The notes: generated by a model from the letters alone, not told the origin. A DNA stretch of 64,000 nucleotides from Patescibacteria group bacterium (GCA_041389145.1 JAWKSK010000002.1:3311-67310), one strand, 5' to 3'. Shown: positions 1 to 11,000, counted from the stretch's first letter. A program made the numbers and translations.

Positions 1-53
1 TACAACTGTGAGCCCTCCAATTCCGGAATCAAATATTCCTAACATATGATTAA

Positions 54-130
54 TGGTGTCAGGGGTGGGAATCGAACCCACGACCCCAGGCTTATGAGTC
101 CTGTGCTCTAACCATCTGAGCTACCCTGAC
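54..130 (-). tRNA. tRNA with CAT anticodon (elongator Met or lysidine-modified Ile2), CCA encoded
   Basis: Reverse complement folds as a cloverleaf: acceptor GTCAGGG/CCCTGAC, D arm GCTC..GAGC, anticodon loop CTCATAA, T arm GTGGG TTCGATT CCCAC, 3' ACCA. Lacks the initiator 3xGC anticodon stem. Confidence 0.75.
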
Positions 131-187
131 AGATTACCAATTTGGTATGTGACTAATAGATACGTTTAGTATAGTAGATAGGTAGCC

Positions 188-1159
188 ATGAAAAAGCAAG
201 AGATTCTCAATCTAGTAAAGGATAAACTTAGTGACTTCGGAGCCATTAATTTGCCGATTGTGGTGGCGGTTTCCGGTGGGGTGGATTCAATGGTTTTATT
301 GGATGCGATTAGACGCGTAATGTTTGAGAAAAATATCACGGTAGTACATGTTAATCACAATTTGAGAAAGAACTCCGCAAAGGATGCAAAGCTGGTAGAG
401 CAATATTGCGAAAATTTTGGTTTGGATTTTAAATTGGTTGAACTTTCTATCCCAAAACCTAAATCTAAAAAAGTAACCCTGGAAGAAAAAGCTAGGGAAT
501 TAAGGTACAAAGCGCTTAGACAAGAAGCCCAAAAGGCCGGTGCTGTTTACATTGTGCTGGCCCATCATGCTAATGATCAGGTGGAAACAGCTTTGTTTAA
601 TATGGTACGTGGCTCAAGCCTGAGAGGGATGGGCGGAATGAAAGAGTGGGCAGGGGATTTGTTAAGACCCTTATTGGGTGTCTGGAAAACAGATTTAGAA
701 AAATATGCAAAGACATATAAGATTAAATACGCGGTTGACGAAACCAACAAAAATATAGATATTACCCGTAACTTTATCAGAAATAAGGTGATTGTTGATT
801 TTGAAAAAATTAATCCTAAGTTTTTAGAGCAAATGCTCAAGACCACGAGCGTGATTCAGTCTGCGGAACAGGCGGTAAGGGATATGGCTCGTTTGCATGT
901 AGCTGCTATGGCGGTGGCTAGTCCTGCTAAGTTAGAGTTTCCAATCTCAAAAATCAGCGAACTTACTCCATTTATGAGAGCCGAGGTGGTAAAGTATGCA
1001 GCAGAGCTGTTAGGGGTGCTAGATGTTGAATGGTCGGCTCGGTTGTTTGAACAAATTGATAAAATGGTTTTTGGGAAAGCAGCTACTAGTAATAAGTCGA
1101 TTGGAAGCAGATTGTTGGTGGCCAAGGCATATGATAAGATATCAATTAGTCTGAAATAA
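188..1159 (+). CDS. tilS: tRNA(Ile)-lysidine synthetase TilS
   Basis: N-terminal PP-loop ATPase motif [13 protein letters not shown]; about 320 aa is typical TilS size. Confidence 0.8.
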   Translation: MKKQEILNLVKDKLSDFGAINLPIVVAVSGGVDSMVLLDAIRRVMFEKNITVVHVNHNLRKNSAKDAKLVEQYCENFGLDFKLVELSIPKPKSKKVTLEEKARELRYKALRQEAQKAGAVYIVLAHHANDQVETALFNMVRGSSLRGMGGMKEWAGDLLRPLLGVWKTDLEKYAKTYKIKYAVDETNKNIDITRNFIRNKVIVDFEKINPKFLEQMLKTTSVIQSAEQAVRDMARLHVAAMAVASPAKLEFPISKISELTPFMRAEVVKYAAELLGVLDVEWSARLFEQIDKMVFGKAATSNKSIGSRLLVAKAYDKISISLK

Positions 1160-1162
1160 TTC

Positions 1163-2950
1163 ATGAAATCAAGTTTTTCAAAGGTAATGGGATATGTGCT
1201 GGCGATTTTTATCGTTGGGGCTTTGGTGTATAGCTTGTTTGGATATGACTCTAATACACCAGTAGAAATCCCACTTTCTGATGTCATCGCGCAGGTTGAA
1301 TCTGGAAAGGTGGATAAGATTGTAGTTAGTGGTGATGCATTAGAAATCACAACCACTGATGGTAAAGAGTATAAGTCTCGGAAAGAGACTGGTGTTTCTT
1401 TGAACGAAAGTGGGGTTGATACCTCACGGGTTGAAATCCAAGTATTGGATGCCCAATCTGGATATATCTGGGTTAACCTGCTGGGTAGTCTGATTCCATT
1501 CCTACTTATTATTGGATTCCTGTGGTTTATGTTTAGACAAGCACAGGGAACTGGTAACCAAGCAATGTCATTTGGAAGATCTAAGGCTCGTGTGCTGATG
1601 GGCGGAAAGAACCGGGTTACCTTTAAAGATGTTGCTGGTGCCAAGGAGGCAAAACAGGAGTTGGTGGAGGTGGTTGAATTCTTGAAGTATCCAACTAAAT
1701 TCACAGCCCTAGGTGCAAAGATCCCTAAGGGTGTATTGCTCGTGGGTCCTCCAGGAACTGGTAAAACGTTGTTAGCTAAAGCTGTTGCTGGTGAAGCAGG
1801 GGTACCATTCTTTAACATTTCTGGTTCTGAATTCGTTGAAATGTTTGTGGGTGTAGGTGCTTCACGTGTTCGTGATTTATTTGCTCAAGCAAAAAAGAAT
1901 GCTCCGGCAATTGTGTTTGTGGATGAAATTGATGCTGTAGGACGTCAACGTGGTGCAGGGCTTGGCGGTGGACATGATGAAAGAGAACAAACCCTAAACC
2001 AGATTTTGGTTGAGATGGATGGTTTTGAAACTAGTACCAACGTGATTGTGATAGCTGCAACTAACAGGCCAGATGTATTGGATCCTGCCTTGTTGCGCCC
2101 AGGTCGTTTTGACAGACGGGTAGTATTGGACCGTCCTGATATTAAGGACCGTCAGGAAATATTGATGGTACATACCCGGAACAAGCCATTGGATAACTCT
2201 GTTGATTTAGCGAAGATTGCAGCTCAAACTCCAGGTTTTGCCGGTGCTGATTTACAGAACTTAGTTAATGAAGCAGCAATCCTAGCTGCTAGACGAGATC
2301 GTAAAACCATTGGTGCTCAGGAATTTGATGAAGCAATTGAAAAGGTGCTGCTTGGTCCAGAAAGAAAGAATAAGATTTTGTCTGCTAAAGAGCGTGAGAT
2401 TACTGCATATCATGAAGCAGGTCATGCAGTTGTATCACATGTGTTACCTCATGGTGATCCAGTTCATAAGGTCTCGATTATTAGTAGAGGAATGGCACTG
2501 GGATACACATGGAATTTGCCATTAGAAGATAAGCACTTACATTCTAAAGATCAGTTCATCGATACCTTGGCCGGAATGTTGGGAGGAAGAGTGGCTGAGA
2601 AACTTATCTTTAAACACATTACAACCGGTGCTTCTAATGACCTTCAGAAGGTTACAAGATTGGCACGTCAGATGGTAATGAAATATGGAATGAGCGAAAA
2701 GATTGGACCAATTAGTTTGGGTTCAGATCAAGATATGGTATTCCTGGGCAGAGAACTGCATGAGAATAGAGATTATAGTGAGAAGGTGGCGGCTGAGGTT
2801 GATGCTGAAGTGTATGCCATCATTGATGAAGCAGAAAAGTTGGCAGAGAAGGTACTCAAAGAAAACTTAGCTGAATTGAAATCTGTTTCTCATGAGTTGT
2901 TGAAGAAGGAAACTCTGACCCAAGAAGAGTTCGAACACTTCTTTGCCTAG
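1163..2950 (+). CDS. ftsH: ATP-dependent zinc metalloprotease FtsH
   Basis: N-terminal TM segments, Walker [12 protein letters not shown] region, zinc motif HEAGHA; 595 aa. Confidence 0.95.
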   Translation: MKSSFSKVMGYVLAIFIVGALVYSLFGYDSNTPVEIPLSDVIAQVESGKVDKIVVSGDALEITTTDGKEYKSRKETGVSLNESGVDTSRVEIQVLDAQSGYIWVNLLGSLIPFLLIIGFLWFMFRQAQGTGNQAMSFGRSKARVLMGGKNRVTFKDVAGAKEAKQELVEVVEFLKYPTKFTALGAKIPKGVLLVGPPGTGKTLLAKAVAGEAGVPFFNISGSEFVEMFVGVGASRVRDLFAQAKKNAPAIVFVDEIDAVGRQRGAGLGGGHDEREQTLNQILVEMDGFETSTNVIVIAATNRPDVLDPALLRPGRFDRRVVLDRPDIKDRQEILMVHTRNKPLDNSVDLAKIAAQTPGFAGADLQNLVNEAAILAARRDRKTIGAQEFDEAIEKVLLGPERKNKILSAKEREITAYHEAGHAVVSHVLPHGDPVHKVSIISRGMALGYTWNLPLEDKHLHSKDQFIDTLAGMLGGRVAEKLIFKHITTGASNDLQKVTRLARQMVMKYGMSEKIGPISLGSDQDMVFLGRELHENRDYSEKVAAEVDAEVYAIIDEAEKLAEKVLKENLAELKSVSHELLKKETLTQEEFEHFFA

Positions 2951-2994
2951 AGTTTAGGCGCCACAATGTAAGGGGAACATTAGTGTGAATCATT

Positions 2995-4569
2995 ATGCTT
3001 AAAAAGCTAATCAATAGAACTTCTACTTTAAAAGAGGCAGCTGCTGTACTAGCAGTTGCTTCTTTGGTTAGTCGTTTGTTTGGAGTGGTAAGGGATAGCG
3101 TAATTGCATCCCATTATGCTGGAGATATATCAGATGCATATTTAGCTGCATTTGTTATCCCAGACTTCATCTTTAATCTTTTGATATTAGGGGCACTGTC
3201 TTCCGCTTTCATTCCAATCTTTACTGGTTATTTGAAGAGGAATGGAGAAGGTAATGATGAAGCTTGGGCACTGGTGAATACGTTGGTAAATGTCGGGGTG
3301 GTAGGTTTGGCCGTGGTGTTACTGGGTGGTGTGATGGCAGCACCGGTTTTAGTAAAGTTTGTTGCTCCGGGATTTGATCCAGGAAAACAAGAAATGGTGA
3401 TTATGATGATGAGAATAATGTTCTTATCTCCATTGTTCTTTGGTTTGAGTAACCTGGCTGGTGGAATCTTAAACTCATTTAAAAACTTCTTAGCTTACTC
3501 GTTAGCCCCAATTTTGTATAACGTGGGTATTATTGTGGGAGCTATCTACTTGGTTCCAATGATGGGATATATTGGTTTGGCATATGGTGTTGTGTTGGGT
3601 GCGTTGATGCATATGTTAATCCAACTGCCAGGAGTATTTAGTTTGGGGTATAAGTATCGGATGCATATAGATTTTAGACATCCGGCATTGAAACGGATGG
3701 CGGTGCTAATGATCCCAAGAACATTAGGGGTAGGGGTGGTGCAGGTAAATACAATTATTAACACGGCAATTGCATCTACATTGGCAGGTGGTGCGGTTTC
3801 GGTATTTAAATGGGCAGATAATCTGCAGAGCGTACCAATTGGAATTTTTGGTGTGTCATTTGCAGTGGCAGTGTTCCCAACCTTAGCGGAAAAATATAGC
3901 TTGCAAAAAATAGGGGAGTTTAGAGAAGACGTGGTGGCAGTTTTGCGGCAGATCTCATTCTTTGTGATTCCTTCGATGATGTTGTATTGGATATTACGTG
4001 CTCAGATTGTGAGACTGGTGTTGGGGTACGGTGCTTTTGACTGGGAGTTTACTAGGTTTACGGTATCAACACTGGCATTCTTCACCTTCGGTATGCTGGC
4101 TCAGTCGGTAATCCATTTATTGGCAAGATCGTTCTATGCATTGCATGACACCAAAACTCCACTGCTTGTTAGTTTGGGTGTGGTGTTAATTAATGCTGGG
4201 TTAGCATGGGAGTTATCACGATACTGGGGAGTTATTGGATTGGCAGGAGCAATTTCGATATCTGCCACAATTAATGCCGTGGTATTGTTTGGATTGTTGG
4301 CAAAAAGGTTAGGGGGTATGCCATGGTCTGAAATATTTGGATATTTAGGCAGAGTGATTTTGGCTAGCTTGGGAATGGGTGCAGTTGCTTACACGATGTT
4401 GAGGGTAGTTGATTTGATAGTGGTAACCCATACGTTTGTAGGTATTTTAAGTCAGACATTAATTACAGTATTGGTTGCAATCTTTGCCTACTTGGCGATG
4501 GCCAAACTATTAGCACTACCAGAAATGCAAATGATTGTGGGTCCGATTAGACGGATGGTTAGGAAATAA
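2995..4569 (+). CDS. murJ: Lipid II flippase MurJ (MviN)
   Basis: 524-aa polytopic membrane protein with MurJ-like N-terminus (AAAVLAVASLVSRLFGVVRD...AFIPIFT). Confidence 0.85.
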   Translation: MLKKLINRTSTLKEAAAVLAVASLVSRLFGVVRDSVIASHYAGDISDAYLAAFVIPDFIFNLLILGALSSAFIPIFTGYLKRNGEGNDEAWALVNTLVNVGVVGLAVVLLGGVMAAPVLVKFVAPGFDPGKQEMVIMMMRIMFLSPLFFGLSNLAGGILNSFKNFLAYSLAPILYNVGIIVGAIYLVPMMGYIGLAYGVVLGALMHMLIQLPGVFSLGYKYRMHIDFRHPALKRMAVLMIPRTLGVGVVQVNTIINTAIASTLAGGAVSVFKWADNLQSVPIGIFGVSFAVAVFPTLAEKYSLQKIGEFREDVVAVLRQISFFVIPSMMLYWILRAQIVRLVLGYGAFDWEFTRFTVSTLAFFTFGMLAQSVIHLLARSFYALHDTKTPLLVSLGVVLINAGLAWELSRYWGVIGLAGAISISATINAVVLFGLLAKRLGGMPWSEIFGYLGRVILASLGMGAVAYTMLRVVDLIVVTHTFVGILSQTLITVLVAIFAYLAMAKLLALPEMQMIVGPIRRMVRK

Positions 4570-4601
4570 AAAAACCTTCCTCGATGGGGCTTCGAGGAAG
4601 G
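4568..4601. terminator. Hairpin between convergent genes; the T-run is on the minus strand (terminator for 4628-5161, possibly bidirectional)
   Basis: aaaaaa ccttcctcga tggggc tcgaggaagg: perfect 10-bp stem flanked by an A-run on plus (U-run on minus). Confidence 0.5.
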
Positions 4602-4627
4602 CGGTCAACTGATCCATTGACCAGTGG

Positions 4628-5161
4628 TCACTCATCGTTGGCCTGTGGAATGGTACAGGTCATCGTGAGTAGTTGGTTGGGGTATCCTTTGTCATAGGCA
4701 ACAGCATGTTTTAATGCTGTGTTGAGCATGGCACCATCACCCCTGGGAAGAATTAGGATCATCTCTATCCACCTGCTGGTTTCTTCTTCCCATGAATGCC
4801 ATTGCTTGATAGCAAGGTATCCAGTGTTACCGTCGTATTTCTGGATGGTGATGCCACCCTTTGTACAGCGGTAGGTTTTGGGGTCACCGAAGATTGATAC
4901 TTTGACGTACTTGCCGTCGTAAGTCATCTGTTCGATTGCCCCATGGACTACAGGTGTCCAGAAATTTCTCTCGGGCAACTGCGCGCTGCCTTTGCCATCC
5001 AGGAAGTCCTGGAGGATGGAGGTTTCGGCTGGGTCGGTGTTGTACTCTTCCCAGGCGACATTGATTCTTCTGCCATAGGCAGAAGCAGCAATAAGGATCA
5101 CAATGAAGATGATCCACTTGATTGTTCTGCTCTTGGGTCTTCTGACCTTTGAACCTCTCAT
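4628..5161 (-). CDS. Hypothetical membrane-anchored/secreted protein
   Basis: Start trimmed to MRGSKVRRPK because of an AAGGGG RBS about 8 nt upstream. Basic N-tail then TM (WIIFIVILIAASAYG). Visibly higher G+C than neighbours. No recognisable family. Confidence 0.45.
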   Translation of the reverse strand: MRGSKVRRPKSRTIKWIIFIVILIAASAYGRRINVAWEEYNTDPAETSILQDFLDGKGSAQLPERNFWTPVVHGAIEQMTYDGKYVKVSIFGDPKTYRCTKGGITIQKYDGNTGYLAIKQWHSWEEETSRWIEMILILPRGDGAMLNTALKHAVAYDKGYPNQLLTMTCTIPQANDE

Positions 5162-5331
5162 TAGATTTCCCCTTTGCTTCCACCCAGTTCCTGGGTAGGG
5201 AAGCGATAATCTCAACCCTTTTGAAAGTTCATTGGTAGTGCTAGAATTGCATTACCAATCTCGCTTTGATTATACACTAATTATTGGTTCTTGTCAATGA
5301 AAATCCGCTCTGGTACACTGTTTTTAAGGAT

Positions 5332-7104
5332 ATGAAAGACATTAGAAATTTCTGTATTATTGCCCATATTGACCACGGTAAATCTACCTTGGCAGATAGA
5401 CTATTGGAAAAGACCGAAACAGTAACTGCTCGAGAAATGAAAGAGCAGCTTTTGGATACTATGGATTTGGAGCGGGAAAGAGGGATTACTATCAAGCTTC
5501 AGCCTGTAAGGATGAAGTATAAAGGGTATACCTTGAATTTGATTGATACCCCTGGTCACGTAGATTTTACATATGAGGTTTCAAGGTCTTTGGCCGCTGT
5601 TGAAGGCGCAATTTTGCTAGTAGATGCAACCCAAGGAATTGAAGCTCAAACCTTAGCAAACTTGAACTTGGCTTTAGAGCATGATTTAGAAATTATTCCA
5701 GCAATTAATAAGATTGATTTACCGGCAGCTGATCCGGAAAGAATCATCAATGAACTTGAATCTGTGATTGGAATTAAGAGAGAGGAAGTACTGTTGGTTT
5801 CTGGTAAGACTGGGGATGGGGTAATGGAGCTTTTGGATGCGGTGGTAGAAAGAGTTCCTGAACCAAAGGGGAATGAAAGTGCTGAACTGAGAGGATTGGT
5901 ATTTGATTCATACTTTGATCCATTCCGTGGAGTAGTAGCATATGTGCGCATTATGGATGGTGAGATTAAGTCTGGCCAGAAGATTAGAATGATGGCATCT
6001 GGAGCAGAAGCAGAGGTAATGGAAACAGGATTCTTCATGCCAAAGTTAACCAAACAAAATGAACTTGAAACAGGTCAGATTGGGTATGTGGCAACTGGAT
6101 TAAAAGAGGTAAGTAAGGTGCGCGTTGGTGATACTATCACTGGTGTTGCAGAAAACCCTAGTCCATTGCCCGGATACAAGCCGGCCGCTCCATTTGTATA
6201 TGCTGGGTTGTTTACAGTTGATAATGCAGACTTTCCTCAATTGCGTGAGGCATTGGATAAGTTGCAGTTGAGTGATTCTGCTCTGGTATTTGAACCGGAA
6301 AGTTCTCCAGCATTAGGGTTTGGATTCCGGTGTGGATTTTTGGGCTTGTTGCACATGGAGATTGTGCAAGAAAGATTGGAGCGTGAATTTAATTTAGACT
6401 TAGTAACAACAACTCCAAGTGTAAGTTACAAAATTGTGACTGCACGTGGGCATGAAGAAAAAACAATTCATAATCCTACTGAACTACCTGAGTCTAACTT
6501 TTATATTTCCATCTCAGAACCTTGGATTAAGTTAGAGATTGTGACACCTAATAGTTATCTTGGTGGAGTGATGCAGTTAATCCAGGGAAGACGTGGGGTG
6601 CAGGTCGATATTAAGTATTTAGATGCAGATCGAGTACTGGCTATCTATGAGATTCCATTAGCATCCGTTATCACCGATTTTTATGATCAGTTAAAAAGTA
6701 TTAGCTCCGGGTATGCTTCTTTGACCTATGAAATGATTGGGTTTAGAGAAGGGGATTTGGTAAAGGTGGATGTGCTATTAAATGGTGATGTAGTAGATAC
6801 CTTGTCAGTGATTGTGCACAAGAGTGAAGTGCAAAGGATTGGCAACCAGGTAACTACTAAGTTGAAAGAACTGTTGCCCAAGCAGAGCTTTAAGATTGTG
6901 ATTCAAGCAGCTATTGGTGGCAGAATTATTTCGAGATCAGAAATTGCCCCGTTTAGAAAAGATGTAACAGCTAAACTGTATGGGGGAGATGTAACCCGTA
7001 AAAATAAACTGTTAGACAAACAGAAGAAGGGTAAAAAGCGGATGAAAATGGTGGGTAAGGTGGAAATCCCTCAGGCAGCATTCATGAAAATGCTTGAGAA
7101 GTAG
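5332..7104 (+). CDS. lepA: Elongation factor 4 (LepA)
   Basis: Start at MKDIRNF (in-frame upstream extension in the ORF track rejected). GTPase motifs AHIDHGKST, DTPGH, NKID; conserved LepA C-terminal domain. Confidence 0.95.
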   Translation: MKDIRNFCIIAHIDHGKSTLADRLLEKTETVTAREMKEQLLDTMDLERERGITIKLQPVRMKYKGYTLNLIDTPGHVDFTYEVSRSLAAVEGAILLVDATQGIEAQTLANLNLALEHDLEIIPAINKIDLPAADPERIINELESVIGIKREEVLLVSGKTGDGVMELLDAVVERVPEPKGNESAELRGLVFDSYFDPFRGVVAYVRIMDGEIKSGQKIRMMASGAEAEVMETGFFMPKLTKQNELETGQIGYVATGLKEVSKVRVGDTITGVAENPSPLPGYKPAAPFVYAGLFTVDNADFPQLREALDKLQLSDSALVFEPESSPALGFGFRCGFLGLLHMEIVQERLEREFNLDLVTTTPSVSYKIVTARGHEEKTIHNPTELPESNFYISISEPWIKLEIVTPNSYLGGVMQLIQGRRGVQVDIKYLDADRVLAIYEIPLASVITDFYDQLKSISSGYASLTYEMIGFREGDLVKVDVLLNGDVVDTLSVIVHKSEVQRIGNQVTTKLKELLPKQSFKIVIQAAIGGRIISRSEIAPFRKDVTAKLYGGDVTRKNKLLDKQKKGKKRMKMVGKVEIPQAAFMKMLEK

Positions 7105-7172
7105 GCTCTAGCATTGATTTTTTATCCAATTTTTGTATAGTACAGTTAGCATATCTATAGTAGAGGTGGTTC

Positions 7173-7478
7173 ATGGATATGGTGTTCTTTCACAGTTCAA
7201 TAATGATAGCGGTTGTAGTTGCTATCCTTGCGTACAGATTTGCAGATGATGTTGTGAGACAGGGATCTGCAAATGCAACTCCTGGGATTAGCACAGGAAG
7301 CGTTTACGGTACCATTGTCTTAACAGTTGTACTTCACTGTTTCATACAGCTCATTCTTTGCATTACTGCAAGAGTAGATCTCACCGGGTACCTGATGATG
7401 GTGCTTCCAGTGATTTCCTTTGTCGCCGGCCTGTGTGTGAAGGGGGTCTTGTATCGCAGAATCAAGATCTCATCGTAA
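7173..7478 (+). CDS. Small hypothetical membrane protein
   Basis: 101 aa, 2-3 predicted TM helices, no recognisable family. Confidence 0.35.
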   Translation: MDMVFFHSSIMIAVVVAILAYRFADDVVRQGSANATPGISTGSVYGTIVLTVVLHCFIQLILCITARVDLTGYLMMVLPVISFVAGLCVKGVLYRRIKISS

Positions 7479-7501
7479 TCTGCAATCATTAGGAGGTTGA
7501 G

Positions 7502-7750
7502 ATGGTTTTTGCAGAGCAGGTTATTGCTGTAGTGATTCTCATCTTCACAGGATGGATAGGAAAACGTTACAGGGATTCAAATGCAGGGTGGACCGAGATA
7601 GTGATATTAACTCTTGGTCTCATGATTATGGTCTCTGTCGGTATCGTAATCTCGGGAATTTCCTGGATTTGGTACTTTGCATCAGCAATTCCAGTCATTT
7701 CCATCGCGGTAATGGATTGGTTGGGGTCACGCACTGTTGTCGGTAAATAA
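7502..7750 (+). CDS. Small hypothetical membrane protein
   Basis: 82 aa, hydrophobic, follows a GGAGG-like RBS (aggaggttgagATG). Confidence 0.35.
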   Translation: MVFAEQVIAVVILIFTGWIGKRYRDSNAGWTEIVILTLGLMIMVSVGIVISGISWIWYFASAIPVISIAVMDWLGSRTVVGK

Positions 7751-7779
7751 AAGCCGACTTCATTATTTGTTCTTCAAAT

Positions 7780-7804
7780 CTAGGGCTTCGGCCCTAGTTT
7801 TTTA
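7780..7804 (+). terminator. Rho-independent terminator
   Basis: ctagggc ttcg gccctag followed by tttttta. Confidence 0.6.
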
Positions 7805-7844
7805 TTAGCAATATATTGACAAGAGTGCTAACCAGCGTTAAATT
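7805..7844 (+). promoter_or_regulatory. CIRCE-like HrcA operator overlapping a sigma-70-like promoter upstream of hrcA-grpE-dnaK
   Basis: TTAGCAATA-N9-GAGTGCTAA (7805-7831) vs consensus TTAGCACTC-N9-GAGTGCTAA. Right arm 9/9, left arm 6/9. Embedded TTGACA (7816-7821), 17-nt spacer, TAAATT. Confidence 0.45.
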
Positions 7845-7881
7845 ATGAAAGCTATACAACTTTTTTGATGTTAGTTTTTCA

Positions 7882-8586
7882 ATGAACGAACGCCAAAAAC
7901 AAGTACTAAAAGTAATCGTTGAGGAGTTTGTAAAACTCCATGAACCAATTGGTTCAAGCCACGTAGTGGAAATGTTGCCGTTGTCGGTTAGTTCGGCAAC
8001 TATTCGTAATGATATGGCATTGTTGACTGAGGCTGGTTATCTTTCACAGCCACATACTTCTGCTGGAAGGGTTCCTACAGAAGATGGGTATCGGGAATAC
8101 ATTGCCTACACAATGCAGGAGCAAAAAGAGTTATCCCGCAGACAGCAGGAAATTCTGTCTAATCATTTTAAGAAGTTAAGAACGTTACAGGAGAAGTTTA
8201 AAGAAGCTGCAAAGATGCTTTCGGAACTATCCGGTAGCGTTAGTTTGCTAGTGGATGAAACAGATCAGGTGTATATGTCCGGTTTGTCAAAACTCCCGCA
8301 ACTACCAGAGTTTAGGGATAGTGATTTTGGAGAAGAGTTCATGAGTCTGTTAGAGGATCCAGCGACCAGAATGAAAGGATTGGTGGAGGCAGATATGGAA
8401 AATGCCCATCCTCGAATCTTGTTGGGTTCAGATAACCCGGTGAATGGAAAAACTTCAATTGTGATTACTAGATTTGGTCCAAATGGTAAGAAGGTAATCT
8501 CAGTAGTTGGGCCGGTACGAATGCATTATGGGAAAACAATACCGGCATTGGAATATATAAAGAAGATATTGGATGAGGAGGTGTAA
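7882..8586 (+). CDS. hrcA: Heat-inducible transcription repressor HrcA (short form)
   Basis: N-terminal winged-helix region KQVLKVIVEEF...PIGS typical of HrcA. Sits upstream of grpE-dnaK with the CIRCE-like element upstream. Confidence 0.8.
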   Translation: MNERQKQVLKVIVEEFVKLHEPIGSSHVVEMLPLSVSSATIRNDMALLTEAGYLSQPHTSAGRVPTEDGYREYIAYTMQEQKELSRRQQEILSNHFKKLRTLQEKFKEAAKMLSELSGSVSLLVDETDQVYMSGLSKLPQLPEFRDSDFGEEFMSLLEDPATRMKGLVEADMENAHPRILLGSDNPVNGKTSIVITRFGPNGKKVISVVGPVRMHYGKTIPALEYIKKILDEEV

Positions 8587-9050
8587 TGGATCAAGATAAT
8601 TTGCAACCAGAAGAAAATCAGGAACAGCCACAAGCAGAAAAGCAGATTGATTGGGAAGACGTTGCCAAAAGAGCCTTAGCCGATTTGGATAACTATAAGA
8701 AAGAAGCTGAACTACGTAATGCTGATATGGTGGAATTTCTAAAGGCAGGAACAGTCGTAAAATTTATGGATATCTATGACGACTTAAAGCGAGCAACGGA
8801 ATTTGTATCTGACGAACAAGCAAAAGCAGGTCTAATAGAAGTAGCGAAGAAATTTAAAGGTATTTTGCATTCGGATGGGTTGGAAGAGATAGATGTAGCA
8901 GTCGGTGAGTTGTTTGATCCAAACCTGGCAGAGGCAATCTCTCATGAAGAACATGAAGTGGGAGAAGGGAAGGTTATAGAAACAGTAGAAGTTGGTTTAA
9001 AGGTTGGAGGACGGGTGATAAAGCCAGCAAAAGTAAGAGTAGGTAAATAA
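8586..9050 (+). CDS. grpE: Nucleotide exchange factor GrpE
   Basis: Coiled-coil N-terminus plus a GrpE-like C-terminal beta domain; start overlaps the hrcA stop (ATGA); immediately upstream of dnaK. Confidence 0.8.
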   Translation: MDQDNLQPEENQEQPQAEKQIDWEDVAKRALADLDNYKKEAELRNADMVEFLKAGTVVKFMDIYDDLKRATEFVSDEQAKAGLIEVAKKFKGILHSDGLEEIDVAVGELFDPNLAEAISHEEHEVGEGKVIETVEVGLKVGGRVIKPAKVRVGK

Positions 9051-9062
9051 AGGAGAATCAAT

Positions 9063-11000
9063 ATGGGAAAAATAATTGGAATTGACTTAGGAACTACAAA
9101 CTCAGCTGTTGCTGTGATGCGTGGTGGTAAAGCAGAAATTATTCCATCATCAGAAGGTGGAAGAACTGTACCATCAATTGTAGCTATGAATAAGAATGGT
9201 GAGGTATTGGTTGGTCAGGTGGCAAAGCGCCAGGCGGTAACCAATGCTGAGAACACTATCTTTTCGGCTAAGAGGTTTATCGGAAGACGATTCTCAGATC
9301 CAGAGGTACAAAAGGATGTGAAGCTAATGCCATATACCCTAAAAGAGGGTCCAGGTGATTCGGTGATGATTAAGATGGGTGATAAGGATTATCGTCCAGC
9401 AGAAATCTCCGCCAAGGTACTTATGAAGATTAAGGCAGATGCAGAATCGTTCTTGGGTGAACCAGTGACCGAGGCTGTAATCACAGTGCCTGCTTACTTT
9501 GATGACTCTCAGCGTCAGGCTACTAAGGATGCAGGTAAGATCGCTGGCTTAGAGGTAAAAAGAATTATCAACGAACCGACTGCTGCCACTTTGGCATATG
9601 GTTTGGAGAGCAAGAAGAATGAAAAGGTGGTCATTTATGACCTTGGTGGTGGAACCTTCGATGTCTCGGTCTTAGAGATTGGTGATACCGATGGTGAATC
9701 AGTGTTCGAAGTAAAAGCTACCAATGGTGATACTCACTTAGGAGGTGATGACTTCGATCAGAAGATCATTGACTGGATTATCGATGAGTTCAAAAAGTCA
9801 GAAGGTGTTGATTTGCGTGAGGATAAGTTGGCATTACAACGCTTGAAGGAGGCTGGAGAAAAAGCAAAACAAGAACTCTCCAGTTCTAGTGAAACAGAAA
9901 TTAACATTCCGTTTGTGACAGCTGATGCATCGGGACCAAAGCACTTAAACATGAAGTTGACTCGTTCCCAGTTGGAACAGTTAGTTGGCGATTTAATTGA
10001 TAGAACTATCGAACCTATTAAGAAAGCTTTGGATGATGCTGGTCTACAAAAGGGTGATATCAACGAAATCATCTTGGTGGGTGGTATGACAAGAATGCCT
10101 GCAGTACAAGAAGCTGTGAAGAACTTCTTTGGAAAAGAACCAAATAAGAGCGTAAACCCAGATGAGGCAGTAGCAATCGGGGCTGCTATTCAGGGTGGTG
10201 TGTTGCAGGGCGATGTAAAAGATGTGTTGTTGTTGGATGTGACTCCATTATCCTTGGGACTGGAAACTATGGGTGGGGTAGCTACCAAGTTAATTACTCG
10301 TAACACCACAATTCCAACCAGTAAGTCACAGATTTTCTCGACTGCTGCAGATAACCAACCATCAGTAGAAATTCATGTGGTTCAGGGTGAGCGTGAAATG
10401 GCAGCTGATAACAAATCATTAGGTAGATTTGTATTGGATGGTATTCCACCAGCACCTCGTGGTGTTCCACAAGTTGAAGTTACCTTTGATATTGATGCCA
10501 ATGGTATCTTGAACGTAAAGGCGGTGGATAAAGGAACTGGAAAGGAACAGAAGATTACTATCACTGGTTCTTCTGGACTGTCTGCCGATGAGGTGGAAAG
10601 AATGGCAAAAGAAGCTGAAGCACATGCCGAGGAAGATAAGAAACGCAAAGAAGCAGTTGATGCTAGAAATAATGCAGACAGTTTGGTCTACACAGCTGAA
10701 AAAGCACTCAAGGATGCAGGAGATAAAGTAGATGCTGCAACAAGAGAACAGATTGAAGGCAAGGTTTCTGCGGTTAAATCTTTACTAGACGAAGAGAACC
10801 CAGATACCGAGGCTCTAAAGAAAGCAACAGAAGAGTTGTCTGCCGAAATACAAAAAGTTGGACAGGCGATGTATAGCCAAGATCAGGCTGGTGCTGCAGA
10901 GCAGGGACCTGAAGCTGGAGCTAAAGACGCCGATATCGAACAAGAACCTTCACAAGACGATACCAGTTCCACAGATGAGACTGGTGATGAATCGAAATAA
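9063..11000 (+). CDS. dnaK: Chaperone DnaK (Hsp70)
   Basis: [18 protein letters not shown], acidic C-terminal tail; 645 aa. Confidence 0.97.
   Translation: MGKIIGIDLGTTNSAVAVMRGGKAEIIPSSEGGRTVPSIVAMNKNGEVLVGQVAKRQAVTNAENTIFSAKRFIGRRFSDPEVQKDVKLMPYTLKEGPGDSVMIKMGDKDYRPAEISAKVLMKIKADAESFLGEPVTEAVITVPAYFDDSQRQATKDAGKIAGLEVKRIINEPTAATLAYGLESKKNEKVVIYDLGGGTFDVSVLEIGDTDGESVFEVKATNGDTHLGGDDFDQKIIDWIIDEFKKSEGVDLREDKLALQRLKEAGEKAKQELSSSSETEINIPFVTADASGPKHLNMKLTRSQLEQLVGDLIDRTIEPIKKALDDAGLQKGDINEIILVGGMTRMPAVQEAVKNFFGKEPNKSVNPDEAVAIGAAIQGGVLQGDVKDVLLLDVTPLSLGLETMGGVATKLITRNTTIPTSKSQIFSTAADNQPSVEIHVVQGEREMAADNKSLGRFVLDGIPPAPRGVPQVEVTFDIDANGILNVKAVDKGTGKEQKITITGSSGLSADEVERMAKEAEAHAEEDKKRKEAVDARNNADSLVYTAEKALKDAGDKVDAATREQIEGKVSAVKSLLDEENPDTEALKKATEELSAEIQKVGQAMYSQDQAGAAEQGPEAGAKDADIEQEPSQDDTSSTDETGDESK

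Noticed and set aside
577-1818. Antisense ORFs 577-846 and 856-1818 overlapping tilS/ftsH
   Set aside because: Opposite strand of strongly supported genes; low-complexity Ser/Thr/Pro-rich translations typical of antisense frames of AT-poor codons.
5284-5331. Upstream in-frame extensions offered by the ORF track for lepA (5284), LCP (25673), rplA (46918), rplJ (50598), dut (48173), tmk-like (48663) and the ParB-like gene (52266)
   Set aside because: In each case a downstream start coincides with the conserved protein N-terminus and/or an RBS, while the extension overlaps the neighbouring gene, terminator or promoter.
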